In this document: positions 26,881 through 40,866 of the stretch, piece after piece | Layout of the letters: every line of letters starts with the position of its first letter | Numbering within the stretch: the first letter of the stretch is position 1 | From: Anolis carolinensis | Taxonomy: Eukaryota | Direction of reading: 5' to 3' | Length of the DNA stretch: 64,000 nt | Assembly (NCBI RefSeq): GCF_035594765.1 | Contig: NC_085844.1 | Location: forward strand, 157,434,107-157,498,106 | The notes under the pieces: model-generated | The model's input: only the letters and a program-made list of their open reading frames with translations | Told to the model about the DNA's origin: nothing | The model's database searches: none | Position numbers and translations under genes: made by a program

Positions 26881-29800
26881 AGGGATAACCTGTTCTCTGG
26901 CTAGAAATGACTGGTTTGCATAAAAAACCATTTACTAGCTGATAACATATTGTAACATCAATGTCAACTGGCAGTTATTAATCCCCTGACTACATTATCC
27001 TGTCTAGTAATGAAAGAAAAGTTACCAAATTTTGGGAATGTTTATAAATGAATAGGAATGACAATTTGCCAAGTGGAGACTGATGTTAGTGTACATGTAA
27101 CCACTTTCTCAATGAGTTGTTTGTATAGTCCTATAAGAGCAGTTCCAGGCTATCCGAAAGACCATATTTTATCATATAAACATGGATGGATTTAGAGACA
27201 GGCAAAGATGACCCCTTTTAAAGTCCCATTACTTCAGAAGCCCATCTGGTAAAATCATGATGCAGCGCCTTCTTAGTGACAGGTCCCGGATTATCAAATT
27301 TCCTTCCAAAAACAGTTAAATTAGTCCACTCTTTTGGCCTTCCTCCACCAGGCAAATATTTTTCAATTAAGGACAATCATTATCAGCTCACTGCATATTA
27401 TAGTCAGATGTTTTACACTGAATGTGCTGTTTTATTTTTTAAAATATACTGCTTATGTAGTATTAGAATGATGCTTTAAAGTGGTTTTAATTGTATAAAA
27501 GTATCATTAATTAATGTGCATTGTAATATGTATAATTTATTGTGTTTTTATTGGAATCTTTTTAATTATGTTGAAATCAGTCTTACATCCCAACCCAGGG
27601 AGGAGCGCAGGAGATAATCAAATCAATAAATGATAAGAATCTTCTTGGTAGTGAGTAGAACAGAAGCATTTCATTACCGGGTTCCATGGAGACCAACATC
27701 TCTTTTCTTGATGTTGTATTAGCACATTACCTGGGATCATCAGGGCTTGGAGAAGTTACTTTGTGGATTGCAAATCCCAGAATCCCCATCACAGAGTTTC
27801 TGGAAGTTGTGTTACAAGAAAGCCTTAATGATCTTACAGGCAGGCATGTATTTGTCTTCCAAAGAATGTCTGTGAAAAGAAGACAACAAAATGTATACAG
27901 AGTGAAACGTCTGTGTTTTCTTTCTTCCTTGCTATTCTCCTACTGAACAAAAACAGAAACTATTTCTGACCAGCATTGATGCACATATAAAGGGAGGTGA
28001 CTTTACTAGTACAGAGCTTTGCATGTCAACAATGCCACTGCTGGTATGCTGTCAAAAGAGTCGCCAGCTTCGCTTACTAGACAGAGGTTTCCTACCATAC
28101 TTGCTAAGTTGATGCATACTGGAGAGAGTTGGAATGCCTGAGCCAGCTTTCCCTTGTTACAATAAATCCATATTTGTACCTTTCTACATTGTTTAATTTT
28201 AAAAAAGACCCGTAGCTTTCATTTTGCCATTTGCATTAGCATTGAAATGGCATGTTGCTTATAGAATTAATTCAATCATGTCAGGAAGAATATGTTCTGA
28301 AGTGTGCTTTTAAAAATGTAAAGTACTTAATACAACAAAGTTTCTGCAGGTCCCTTTGTGTTCAGACTCATCTACATACAGAGCTGTGATTACAATAATT
28401 TGTAGCATGTTGCTTCCAAAAATGGCATTGTTCATCTACAATCACATTGTGTTTCTAGCTATACCTCTATATTTCCTGTTAAATAAACTAATTAGATGCA
28501 TGTTACACTATGATATTATTCGTATTTTACAAGTTTATCTTAAGTATTAGAGTAGGCAGGGAGAGAGTATTCCCCCCCCCCCCCCCCCATTAAGCTATAT
28601 GGCTTTTTCTTCAGGAACTTATTAACTATATAGTAATGCAAAGCCTTTTGGGTTAAATATGATGGCTATATCACAGATGTATTTAAGGATACTTGTCCAC
28701 TGCCATTTTTCTACCCAAACATTAAAAATGTGTGAAATGTTAGATAGAAATGTCACAGCATTTCTAATCATAGAGAAAATACCGCTTGATGACCATGTGG
28801 TTGGTTAATAGCAACTGGATAGTGACTGTAAATGTTACGATGCAATACCTAAGGAGTGTGGTCATGGCTGAGTCATAACCATGTGAAGATTATTGCAAAG
28901 GGGTTGCATCAGCCAGTATCCCTTATTGATGACCTATCAGTAGGTGGCTATATAAGGAGGATGAAATAATCCATCTTTGTTTTGCTTTGTAACTCAATAG
29001 CATTTGCCTATGTGTTGTATGTGACTATCTGATGATTTTGATTGATTGCAAGTACAAGGAAAGTGGATATGCATATCCTATTTGTGTATTTGTATATATT
29101 GCAACATTAAAGATTAAAGCCTTCAGATATTTTGGATGAAAACCTGAATCAGTGAGTTTATTAAACTGTGTGTGTAGATAAGGTCAGATCCTGGCAGTTG
29201 GACTCTGCTGATAGACAGGGAGAAGCATGTTTTTGCTGTGAAAGGACTCTGCTGTATTTTTGCTTGTTTTTGGGACACTTTCTATCCAGCTTGCAGTGGA
29301 TCAGAAATGTTATGACTTGGAAACAATAAATCACTTCATGACCAGCAAATTCCATGACATGAAACAGCAACACAGTAGGAAGAGTAGAAGAGATCAGTAT
29401 TTCTTTCAGGCTCACCCAGGCAGACTAAGCTCTGCTTTTTGCCACTCTATTCAGAGAAGGGGACAATTCCTTTTTTTATATACAAGTTAAGTTAAAGTAC
29501 CCACAGATAACTTGATCCAGGTTTTTTTTTTGGGGTTGAATTTTTTATTAACATTTCTGGACTTATACATGAATACATGCAGTATGGATCATTTCATACC
29601 TTAACAGCCAGCAGCCACACTAAGTGACAGTTCTGTTTTAGCAGGGGTTCAGGTACATGAGAATGGCTTTTCTAGCCCCCTCCTATCAGTGGAATTGCAA
29701 CAGGGGACCTGCTTCAGATTGTTAACAGATGGAAGTGGGCTGGAAACATTATCCTGTTGCACCTTGATTGCCAACAAAACAGAACTCTGTCACTCAGTGG

Positions 29801-30014
29801 AGCCTCTGGCTCTTAAGGTAGGTGCAGTGAGGTTTTATTTGTGATTGTGGCAATAACAACACAGTCATAAATATAAACACCAAACAATATTATCCTCATT
29901 TATTAGTTACATTTATGTTTCATCTTTCATCCTAAGAGATAAGGCAAGTTGCTCATTTGAGGACATTGTATATTTACACTTTATACAATGTACCATATAA
30001 TATTTGAATTAACT

Positions 30015-30350
30015 CCCGATAGTTCAAAATATGGAAACCAGATTGGTCATAGAAACACCCAGGAGTGAGCATACTGTACCTATACTAAAATCACTCCACT
30101 GGCTGTCACTACATTTCCAGAAAAAGTACAAAGTTTTGGTTATGACCTTTAAAGCCCTGCATTTGGGTCCAGGTCACTTGCAGGATTGCCTTCTTGTGTA
30201 TGATCTGCCCCATACAGTTAGGTCTTCTGGGGGACTACTTCAAGTAGCTAGAACTCGGCTACCAACTGTCACTCAGAGAAACTTTTTATCAGCTACCCCA
30301 GGACTGTAGAAAGACCTACCAGAAGAAATCTGACAGCTAAATGAGCACTA
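30015..30350 (+). mobile_element. Old L2 3' fragment
   Basis: LKSLHWL..KYKVLVMTFKALH..GPGHLQDCL matches L2 ORF2 C-terminus. Confidence 0.8.
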
Positions 30351-32615
30351 ATTGTTTATTTGTTGCATGTGCAGCCTCCCTTTCTTCCCATAAGCTCAAG
30401 ACACTGTATGTGGCTCCACTCCCCTCACTTTCCCCGCACAAAATCCTAACAAAGTAGTCAGGATGAGGCAGTGTGAGCATGTTTTTGTTCATCCATAGGT
30501 AACAGGACAGCATAAGCCTGGCCATCCATTCCTTAAGTGATGGCTAGCTGCCTGTTGTTTCGTACAAGCTTCAGAAAAGAAGACTCAAATGTACAGACAG
30601 GCTGCTCAAATCACTCATGACAGCTTCTTTAATGAGACACGCAGAAAAGACAAATCTAAAGTAATCTGTTCTTCCTCCGCATTTCTCCCTCTTATCTCCC
30701 ATCCTCTGCTCCACCCTTTCCCCTTCCAATTAGCCCTCAGCTGTTTAGGCACAAGCTTTGCGTCCCCGTCTTTGCTTCCTTCTTTTGTTTTGAAGGAAAC
30801 TATTCCTTTCAACTCTTTGGTGGGACCCTCCACACACTCCCTCTTGCAGGGAGAAAATTTGAATTAAGGTGAGCTTCATAATTGGATGGAGACTTGAATG
30901 TAGAAATCTTTAGTTCCAGCTCAACCCTATGCTACTACACCAATGCTACTCAAAATGGTGGTTCCTTGGTCAAGCCATCATTTGCTAAATTTCCAGGAAA
31001 GAAAGAAACAACTGTAATCCATGGCACAAATGTTGTACCAGTCCTTGGCAACTGGAGAAAAATGCTGATCCCAAAAGAAGATGCTCTGCATGCTCCCACA
31101 TTGCACCCATAAGCTTTTCTTCAGAAATAAACTCAAGGCGTTGCTTAAGTTCTTCACTCCCTCCTGAACAGAGTATATACTGCACATGAAGTCATAGAGC
31201 ACACATGTGTGCATTATTATGTTTGCACACATGGTACATCATTCAGCCATGAGTCGCATGTGCATATAAATTTGGAAGTTTGTATGCATGAACCGGATGG
31301 TTATTAAGTACCTCTGTTTTTCAGAAAACTCTTGGGGGATTGTCTTATGAAAACTGCATGAAATCTTTGCACTACACTGAGGAGGGCAAATGTGTTTTTA
31401 AATGCTATCTCTTACATTCCCTACAGGAACCTGGCATAATTTTATGAACATCTTATGGAGCAGAAGAGAGGATTTGTTTGTTTCATCCAGTGGAATTAAC
31501 TAAAATAAGGATTTTATAAGCTGGCCAAGATGACACTATTATGTTATTACATTGCAACCAGAAGTATAGTACTTCAGAAAAAAATAGGACTTTAATCATA
31601 TAAAATGGGGCACCTCCTTTTAGGATTATCTCTGCTAAAATCTATTTGATCTACATTCCAGCTGTGTATGGTATAAGAGCCAAAGATGGATAGGACTGAA
31701 GTTGGATAGACAGAGTTCTCTGGTGATGAAAACATACTTTACAACATCCCCTATATGTAGAAGTCCAGTTCTCTTTACTGTGTTTCAAAATTTAACAGAA
31801 AGATAATGGGAAATAATGAGAAGTGCAAAAAATAAAAGTTACAATTTTCACAATTTTTATGTTATCACAACTACTTCATATGGGCATGTTTAGCTTTCAT
31901 TTGGTTTTGTCCCACTTTGGGCAAAGTCTGGCAACAGTTTGGAGTTTCCTGGAAACTTCAGAGTACTTTGTGGCTTAGGATAGGCACTTATGGATTGACA
32001 GAGAAAAGCTGATCACCAAGAAATGGAGTTTAAGGGACTTTCATAGTCACCACATAGCTTCTAAACTAGTACAGCTCCCAAATGTACCCCCTACATTAGG
32101 GGCATAGATGGAATCACACACAAGACTCACAAAAGTGTAACTATAGGTTTTATATTTGTGACTACCCAACAGATTTCCAGCTAATATTCCTATCGGTTTT
32201 GTACTTCATTTAACTGAAAACCTTTATTCAGTCAACACATTTAATTTACAATATAGAGGAATATGAGATAAAAAAAAACTTGTTTTATTATAAGGAAAAA
32301 GAAATTTAATTTCCTGGTGATTTGGAAAATAGCTATTACCATTGACAATGACAGTTACTACTGCTTAAAGAGTTAACTGTCACTAAAATACATGAAATAG
32401 CATCAAGTAGTTTACTGATGATACAGTACTTCATTCACTACCTGGCACAATTGTAAATCGATGACACTTGGCCAATATAATATGATACAAACATATACAA
32501 GCACATTCATTTGGTTTAGAGCTACTTATATTTATACATATTCTTAGATGTATTATTTTTCTTCTTTGCAAGTGTTTTTGGAGTGATATTATTTTCTTGA
32601 AAATCACCAGGATAA

Positions 32616-32616
<1 letters not shown>

Positions 32617-32659
<43 letters not shown>
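32617..32659. repeat. (TA)n microsatellite
   Basis: Direct reading. Confidence 0.95.
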
Positions 32660-32661
<2 letters not shown>

Positions 32662-32962
32662 TCTTCCTTAACTTCTGATTTCAGATACACCTGGAATGTC
32701 TGTGAAATCATATCCTTGCTCTTTATATAATTCTTACTCTATAGATCAGCTACTGTCTGTGTAAACATACTTCCTTTTTAAAATGTATAATATAAAACAA
32801 CATTTAAGAAGAACATTACCAAAAAAACCCAACATGATATAAAATCACTAAATTATATCTACAAGTAACAAAACTACACTAAAATACTGCAATGAAAAAA
32901 CACAAACAACAAAAAGGGGGAGACAAATGGCTATCATTTTCATTTATTCTACTTCCTCTAAA

Positions 32963-34169
32963 TCTATATATATATAAATGTAATGTTTGTTTTACTATGG
33001 AGTAAACAACAAAACCACTGAACCAAATCACACCAAATTTGGCCACAAAAGACATAGTCATACAAAATATGTTTTTCAGTCAGAAAACCCTAGAAAAATA
33101 GTCCAAATTACAGAGGATGTAATTAGAAAAGTAGGCTTTGCTGCCTTTAGCCCCCCTCCCCCGGCTGCCTTTAGGCCCCGCCCCCTTCGTATCCTAGAAA
33201 CTCCCTCAGCCAAAATGGCACCCAGGACACAGGCAGAGTTCACTTAGGACTGATCCACACTGCCTATAAAATACAGATTATCTGATTTGAACTGGATTAT
33301 ATGGCAGTGTAGATTCAAGGTCCTTCCACACAACTATAGTACCCATTTATAATCTTATATTATCTGCTTTGAACTGGATTATCTTGAGTCCACACTGCCA
33401 TATAATCCACTTCAGTGTGGATTTTATACAGCTGTGTAGAAGGGGCCTCATATAATCCACTTCTAAGCAGATAATATAAGATTATAAATATAATATGAAA
33501 TAATTACTGTGGTATAATAATACAGAACAATATAATTTCTAAAACCAGGACAGTAAATAAAGAACAATAATCTGAAAGCAGGGAAATTGGGCATTCCAGA
33601 AAGGAAACAATCAGGGCCAGCTAACACTTCCCAAGAAAGGATTCTCCCAGGCAGGAAGCAGCCAGGCTTTGAAGCTGCAAAGCCATTTAATGCTAATCAA
33701 GGTGCCTAATTGCAGCATTCATACCTGCCACACCGAGACTATTCATTGCTATTTAAACTGGCCAACCAAGGATTCCGCAAGGTAGAAAGTGGCCAGGCTT
33801 GCAAGCAGCAAGGCTATTCAGTTCTTTTCAACCTGGCCAACCAAGATTTCCCCTACGTGAAAAACCCCCAGGCTTTGAAGCCACAAGGCTACTCCATCCC
33901 ATTCAACCTGGCCTAGCAAGGATGCCCTATGTAGAAAGCAGCCAGGCTTTTAAGCTGCAAGACTATTCAGTGCAATTCAAGCTGGCCAAACAATTATTCC
34001 CCTACAAAGGAAATAGCCCAGCTTCAAAGCGGCTCTTTGATTGAGGGTGCTACTCCAGCTACTCCAGAAAATGACCAGGCTTTGAGGCTGCAAGGCTATT
34101 CACTAATATTCCACCTGGCCAACAAATGATTCCCATAAGCCACAGCAACATGTGGCTAGGCAAACCTAG
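32963..34169 (+). mobile_element. Non-autonomous Helitron
   Basis: A|TCTATATATA 5' end, hairpin agccaca-gcaaca-tgtggct at 34138-34157, CTAG|T 3' end, no TSD (A^T insertion). Confidence 0.85.
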
Positions 34170-34482
34170 TATAAAATATAAAAGTACTTCCATCTATTAT
34201 TCAAACCCATTATTCTTCAAATCCTTATAGTGATACTCTCCTTTCCTGTTGACCTTGTAAATATACTTTCACCAATTAAAACCCGTTCACATTACATAAT
34301 GATAGCAATATGGTTTCAGTTTGACCACTTTGACTCCATTCTTGAATTTGTAAGTTTGATAAGATATTTTGAATTATCACTGAGAGATCTCTAGTGCCTC
34401 ACCAAACTACAATTGAATGGGATTTAACTGTGACATTTAGAGTGGAATCATATGTTATACTTGTGTTGTGTGAGAATACCTT

Positions 34483-34773
34483 CAACTTCATCACATAGGG
34501 CCCTGTCCCATTGATGGCTGACGCTTTCTCGCCAACCGTGGTAGGTAAATTGGGTTTTGGGTCTTTCCTCCCATCTGATGGGGGAAATGGCAATGCAGCC
34601 ATTGGGAGCCAGTCAGGGTCCCAATGCACCTTGCCCCGATACCCCAATGCAATGGGGGAAGGAGGGAGGGCACGCGGGCTGCCACCAGTCACCACATGCA
34701 CCTTCTGTTTCACTGGTGATTGCTGGTGAAATAGAACAAAACAGAGGAAGGGGGCATCAATATGATGAGGTCC
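34483..34773. mobile_element. Harbinger-like MITE related to 5325-5674
   Basis: Ends caacttcatcacata / tatgatgaggtcc resemble the ggacctcatcacat TIR; GC-richer interior. Confidence 0.5.
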
Positions 34774-35940
34774 ATTAAGTTTCAATCAAATAATTAATCA
34801 ATAATTAATCAAAAGCAATTATCAAGAGCACAGTCCTACATCGTCTATTCAGAAATAAATCCTATTGAACTGGATTTAATTTCTAGAATGTAAAGACCTG
34901 CATCTTAATGTGCTTTTCCAAATTGGGTATATTATTATTGCTATATTACTATTACTATTAATGTAACACTGAAAATGTTAAAATGCTTAAATGGGATGAA
35001 ATTATATCCCTTCTACAAGTTGAAAAGAAGTCGGTGTAAATTGTTGCCATCTTTACCGAAACTCTTTGAAATTCCTCATGTTTCACCTAAAGAGGACCTG
35101 AACATTTGTTTAGGAAAAATGCAATAAAAACAGAAATACATAAAGTCACTGCCTCCAAATGTTAAGTAATATCATCAAAACTTTTTGGGGTTTCAAGAAA
35201 ATCCAAAGGTTGTAAAATGAAAAAAAAAAACCCACTCCAAATTTCTATCAGGTGCAATTTTGGTTTAGTCAAAAGTCTCAACAGCTTGAACTTTATGCTT
35301 ACAGAATTAGAAAACAAGCTTTGCTATGGTTTTTTGGCATATAAATTACAAGTGAAGATATAATAAATGCATCACCCAAATATCTGTGGGCTTTTCTATT
35401 ATAATTCCTGCTGGCATAGTTAAGAGTTTTATAACTTTCTTGTAAAACATCACCCTGAGCTCAAACTTGGCAAACTATGTTTTATACTGAAAAGCTGATT
35501 TCATAGTCAAAGCTTGAAAATAACCCATTAAGAACATTTGCAATTTCTTTGGGTAAGTTCAAAGTGCATTTTTTTCTGTTGGATTTTTATGGTGTGTGAG
35601 TCTCGGCAGGTTTTAATTACTGCCACAATTTTTGCAAATGTTTAACCTTTATTGATGGATAATGAAGTTCAGCATAGCTAAAGAAATTGGTAGACTAGCT
35701 GGAATTATTGTAATGATTTAATAAAAGCTTATTGAAAAGCTGGATTTTACTTTTAAAATATATAATTGTGGGCAGGGTTGTTAGGCTGTATTTTCCTGAA
35801 ATCAAATCAGTTACGGCTTTGATTCCTTTCAGCATATTTACTGCAGACTTCAAACATGGAATATGTTCTATTGGGTTCTTTTTTATAGAAAAGTATGGGC
35901 CTTTCATATCCACAGGGGTTACATTCCACTAGTGGACCTG

Positions 35941-36091
35941 GTGCCCTTCCACACAGCCATACAACTCAGAATATCAAGGCAGAATAACCCACAATATCTG
36001 CTTTGAACTGGAAAATCTGAGTGCACACTGCCATATATCCCAGTTCAAAACAGATAATGTGGGATTTTATTCAGCTGTGTGGTTTGGGCCT
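35941..36091. mobile_element. Harbinger-like MITE (23162 family) nested in a degenerate Tigger-like MITE (about 35893-36178)
   Basis: gtgcccttccacacagcc...gctgtgtggtttgggcct; flanks gggcctttcatatccacagggg..ggaaccgtggttaagagg..tgta. Confidence 0.7.
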
Positions 36092-36939
36092 TAGCGACAG
36101 TTCCAGAGGGAATATTTTTTGGAGCAGGTAAGTGCAAGTGTTGATATCGGAACCGTGGTTAAGAGGATCATATTGTATTCAACATTTTCTCACCATTCAC
36201 CGACACTGTAGACATAATGGCTACAGTTACTTGATTAGAGTCATAGCTTACAGAGTTGCATAATCGATAATAATGGCTTAATGCTGAATGAGGCATTATG
36301 GTTTATTACATTATTGATCTGAAAATTTGCTTGCCAGGATATACAACATTAATATACAACATTGCTATACAACAATTAATGATTTGTTCTAGGAGCTGTT
36401 GGGTCTGATTCTGAGTCATATTAAATACAAATTGTGGGGCATATGTAGCAAGGAAAGGGCAAGAATTAAACCTAATTCTAGGAATGCTCAAGAATAGCAC
36501 TTTGTCTTTATCATTAAGGGGATGGACCTAATGCATGATTCTTGAATGAATATAGAAACTGGAAAATAACCATTCAGTTTTTATACTATTTGGATGTTAA
36601 GGTAAGATGTCATCTCAAAATACCTCACCTAAATACATATAACATTGGTATTTTTTAGTTAAAATAAGTAATAAATGTGAGAGGCAATGCAAGATCTCTC
36701 AAATTCATAAAGCAGAACAATAATTATTTCCATACCCACTCTTTATACACAGAGTCTAGCCAAGAAAGAAACAAGCTTAGTTTTCTTTGTAAAGTATATA
36801 AAATAGGTTTACTTATAAATGCATGCCCATAATCAAAAACATGGTATAATGGGATAGAGAAGAAAGAAAAAAATGGCTTCTGGTTAAAGTGATGCATGAA
36901 GAGAGAGAATATGGTAAAATAAATGAAATGAAAGTACTC

Positions 36940-38222
36940 ATGAGAATGGGATTTGGAGGCATTGTACTACAGTGGTTTCAGTGAGGGACTCCTGCTCAGC
37001 CCCATGGCTGTTGTCCTGTCGGGTTCAATTCTGTCTTCCATGTTGTTTAACATCAACATGAAACTGCTGGGAGAGATCATCCAGGGTTTTGGAGTTCGGT
37101 GCCATGTGTATGCAGATGACACCTAACTCTATTACTTGTTTCCATCTGATGCCATCCTGCCCCTGAACTGGTGTCTGTCAGCGTTGAGGGACTGGATGTG
37201 GATGAACAAATTGAAATTGAATTCAGACAAGACAAAGGTACAACTGGTGAGTTATAGGGCTGATGGGGGTCTTGGGCTGCAACCTGTGCTAGATAGGGTC
37301 ATACTCCCACTGAAGGCGCAGGTTTGCAATCTGGGGATCCTCCTGGACTCAGCTCTGACCCTGGAGGCCCAGGTGTCAGTGGTGGCCGGGAGGGCCTTCT
37401 CACAGTTAAAGCTCGTGTGCCAACTGTGTCCATTCCTTGAGAAGTCAGATCCAGCCATGGTAGTACATGCCTTAGTCACATCTAAATTAGATTATTGTAA
37501 CACACTTTACATGGGGCTGCCCTAGAAGAATGATCAGAAACTTCAACTAGTCCAAAGATCAGTGTGTAGACTGCTCACAGGGGCAGGATATAGGGAAAGA
37601 ACTACCCTGCTCCTGAAGCAGCTACACTGTCTTTCACACTGTTTCCGGTTGCAATTCAACGTGCTGACTTTAGCCTATAAAGCTTTAAATGCTTTGAAGG
37701 ACTGCCTCTTCTCCTACAAACCCACACTAGCCCTGAGATCATTAGGAGAGGCTCTTCTCTCGGTCCCTTCTCAGTGGTGGCCCTGCGGCTTTGGAACTCC
37801 CTTCCTAGAGAGATGAGATTGGCCTCCTTCTTAATGGCCTTTCACTCACAGATTAAAATCTTTTTGTGGGCCAATGGCTTCCCTGACAACCCCAAATAGA
37901 CAGTGGCCAGACAGCTCTGGTAATTCCACATTCAATACACTATTTTAGACTTGGCAATGTTTTATATGGCCTAAGAAAAAATGGTTTTCTAGGAGCTCAA
38001 TATGGAAAAACCTCAGTAGCCTGAGATTTAGGGAATTTTAATGACCAACTTTTTAACTTATTAATTTGTTTAAGCATAGTATGTATTGTGTGTTACCTGT
38101 TCATTTTGTTTATGATGTTTTGTTTTTGTTTTGGTGAATTCTTTATGTTATGTGTATTTTTGCTGTTTACTGCTTTGAATCCCACCCATGGGAGAAAAGT
38201 GGGAATAAATAAATAAATAATA
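36940..38222 (+). mobile_element. L2-clade LINE, 5'-truncated, degenerate
   Basis: tatgcagatgacacc (YADDT), KLKLNSDKT, SKLDYCN; (TAAA)n tail. Confidence 0.9.
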
Positions 38223-38325
38223 CTTTTTAAACATGACATTCACACTAGCAATTTGTGAGTATAAACTTGCAAAGATTGGAAATGCTAACAATTTTAGGAT
38301 AGGAAGAAGAATTCACAATACACCA

Positions 38326-39875
38326 TCTATATATATATAAAAGAATAAAGTTGTTTGCACAGTAACTATAACAACAAAACTAAATGTCCCAGAAATACAA
38401 AACTTGGCAACACAATGCAAAAGCCTTGCCTCCCGGTTGTAACAACACAACCACACCACAAAACCACAATCCGGACCCACAAAACTCACAACAACGCATT
38501 GTGACTATAACAACACAACTAAACGCCCCAGAAAAACGAAACTTGGCAACACAATGCAAAAGCCTTTCTTCCCAGTTGTAACAACAAAACCACACAACAA
38601 AACCACAATCCGGACCCGCAAAACTCACAACAATGCATCGTGACTATAACAACGCAACTAAATGACCCAGAAATACAAAACTTGGCACACAACTAAACGC
38701 CCCAGAAATACAAAACTTGACAACACAACACAAAAGCCTTGCCTCCCAGTTGTAACAACACAACCACACCACAAAACCACAATCCGGACCCACAAAACTC
38801 ACAACAACGCATTGTGACTATACAACACAACTAAACCAGATGGCCATTTGTCTGAGGGGTTTGGGTGGGGTCTTCCTCCATGACAAAAAGAAAGAAAGGG
38901 GTTGGACTGGATGCAAACTACATATCCCAGCATCCCATGGCATGGAGTCCATGCATTTCAATTAGAGGCCTCTTCCTTCTCCCTTTCCCCATCATCCAAC
39001 CCACTGACCCAGTTCCATGGCTCCGCAGGCAGGAAAGACTGGGACGGATAGAACGAAGGAAGGAGGGAGGGAAGGGAAGTGAAGAAACGACAAGGACAAG
39101 AGCCCTCCCTCACTGCCCGGAAGGCCAAGAGCAAAAGGGAGAGAAAGACCATTGATCCAGTTATATTTACCCTCCTTTCTGACCAGTATGTTCTTATCAG
39201 CGAGCTCAGGATCGGAGCAGAGAAAGGGAACAGCATAGGAATAAAGGAAACAAGGAGAGCACCCATTATATCTATCCATCCACTCATCTATCCATCCACT
39301 CACCCACTAAGAATAAACACCCACACAGGCAAGAATCAGCCATGCATTGAAGCTACAAGGCCATTCAGTGCTCATCCACCTCACCAATCCCTACATTCAC
39401 ACTTGGCCTCCAAAAAACCCAATTACAATAATATCAATGACAACAACAACAATAAGAATCAACACCATCACAGGCAAGAAGCAGCCAGGCACTGAGGCTG
39501 AGAGGCTAGTCAGTGCTACACTGGGCCTCCAAAAAAACAATACAGTAGCATCTACCTTATCCAACCTTCATGACCACTACAACAACAACAATAATAAACA
39601 CCTACACAGGCAAAAAAAAAAAGACTATTGTACCACAATAAAAATATCAACCACACTCAGCAGAATCAGACATCACGATTAACCACAAACCAAAGACAAC
39701 AGGGATCTCAAGCAATTATCAATCAACACAAAAATTGAAGAAGGTAACAGACTTCAAATACTACTACTAATGTGAGTATAAAGAAGTGTGGAGGTCACAG
39801 CATAAATACAACCTAATGTAGACTGACCAACACCACCAGACTAAGCCACAGCAACACGTGGCCGGGCACAACTAG
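38326..39875 (+). mobile_element. Non-autonomous Helitron with internal minisatellite
   Basis: A|TCTATATATA start, gccac-agcaacac-gtggc hairpin, CTAG|T end. Confidence 0.85.
38362..38835 (+). repeat. About 140-bp tandem repeat (about 3.3 copies) inside Helitron
   Basis: actataacaac..cccagaaatacaaaacttggcaacacaa..aaccacaatccggaccc..ctcacaacaa repeated. Confidence 0.9.
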
Positions 39876-40866
39876 TTTAGAATAAAATACATACAAAAAT
39901 TGATATTTTATGCAAAATATGTTAAAATGGATGCAAATATTCATGTGTTTTTCTTAAATTAGATCTTGATGTTTAACCTTGATTTGCTGAGTGTTGTGAA
40001 TCTCATTTTTCACCAGAAAAACAACACACTCTCTTCTGTAGTCTTTTTCTCTCTTGTGTACTTTTAAATGTTGGTACAATTTGCCTTTAGTTGTACTTCT
40101 CTCTCTTTGAAAAACCCTCTTCCTCAAGACTTGGAGACCATTATTCTCTCTCTTTTTGCTCTCTGTATATTTTTCCTAACAGCAATTCTGAATTCTTTTT
40201 TGTACGTCTGCTTGGTTTTATGGAACTCATCTTAACCATTTGTTTTTCACCACATTGAATTAAATAGTTCTTTATGGAAAACACACACATTATAATACAG
40301 AATTTAAAATGTTATGACACCAACAGAAATAAATTGGCTTGTATAAAGAATGTAAACCATTGTTCATGGTGGTTAAGAGAAATGGTAAGGTGACCATTAA
40401 ATATACTTTCTATCATATTAGATTAACTAGTATAAAGCATCACCCAGCTTTGCCACTAGCAATGCATTTAGAACATTTTTTTTAAAAAAATCTATAATGG
40501 TATAACTCCTTTTTTCTGTCCCCAGGATCTCCCATCATTTACTGGTACTACTATTCTGTTTTTTTAAAAAAGAGACAGTATTCATTTCTCCCAAATGTGT
40601 GAATAAAAACCTGCTCAAAAATATTTTTGTTTTATATAGTCCTGTCCTTGATACTTTATAGTCTGTCTGATGGTTCTTTTTCTTGTATTATTTCTGATGT
40701 ACTTAATTTCATAGATCCTAAATTCTTTATAAAAATTCTGTTCAGGTGGAGTGCCTTTTTCTATTCTTGCAATATTTCTACAGAGTTGAAAATGGGGGTA
40801 TACACACATACAAATAATGTTTAGAGAGGACACATTCCCAAATGAATGCACATAGCCTGCTTTCCT

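Noticed and set aside
28833-29160. Possible solo LTR (TGTTAC start, TATATAA, ATTAAA)
   Set aside because: No matching CA end or TSD identified
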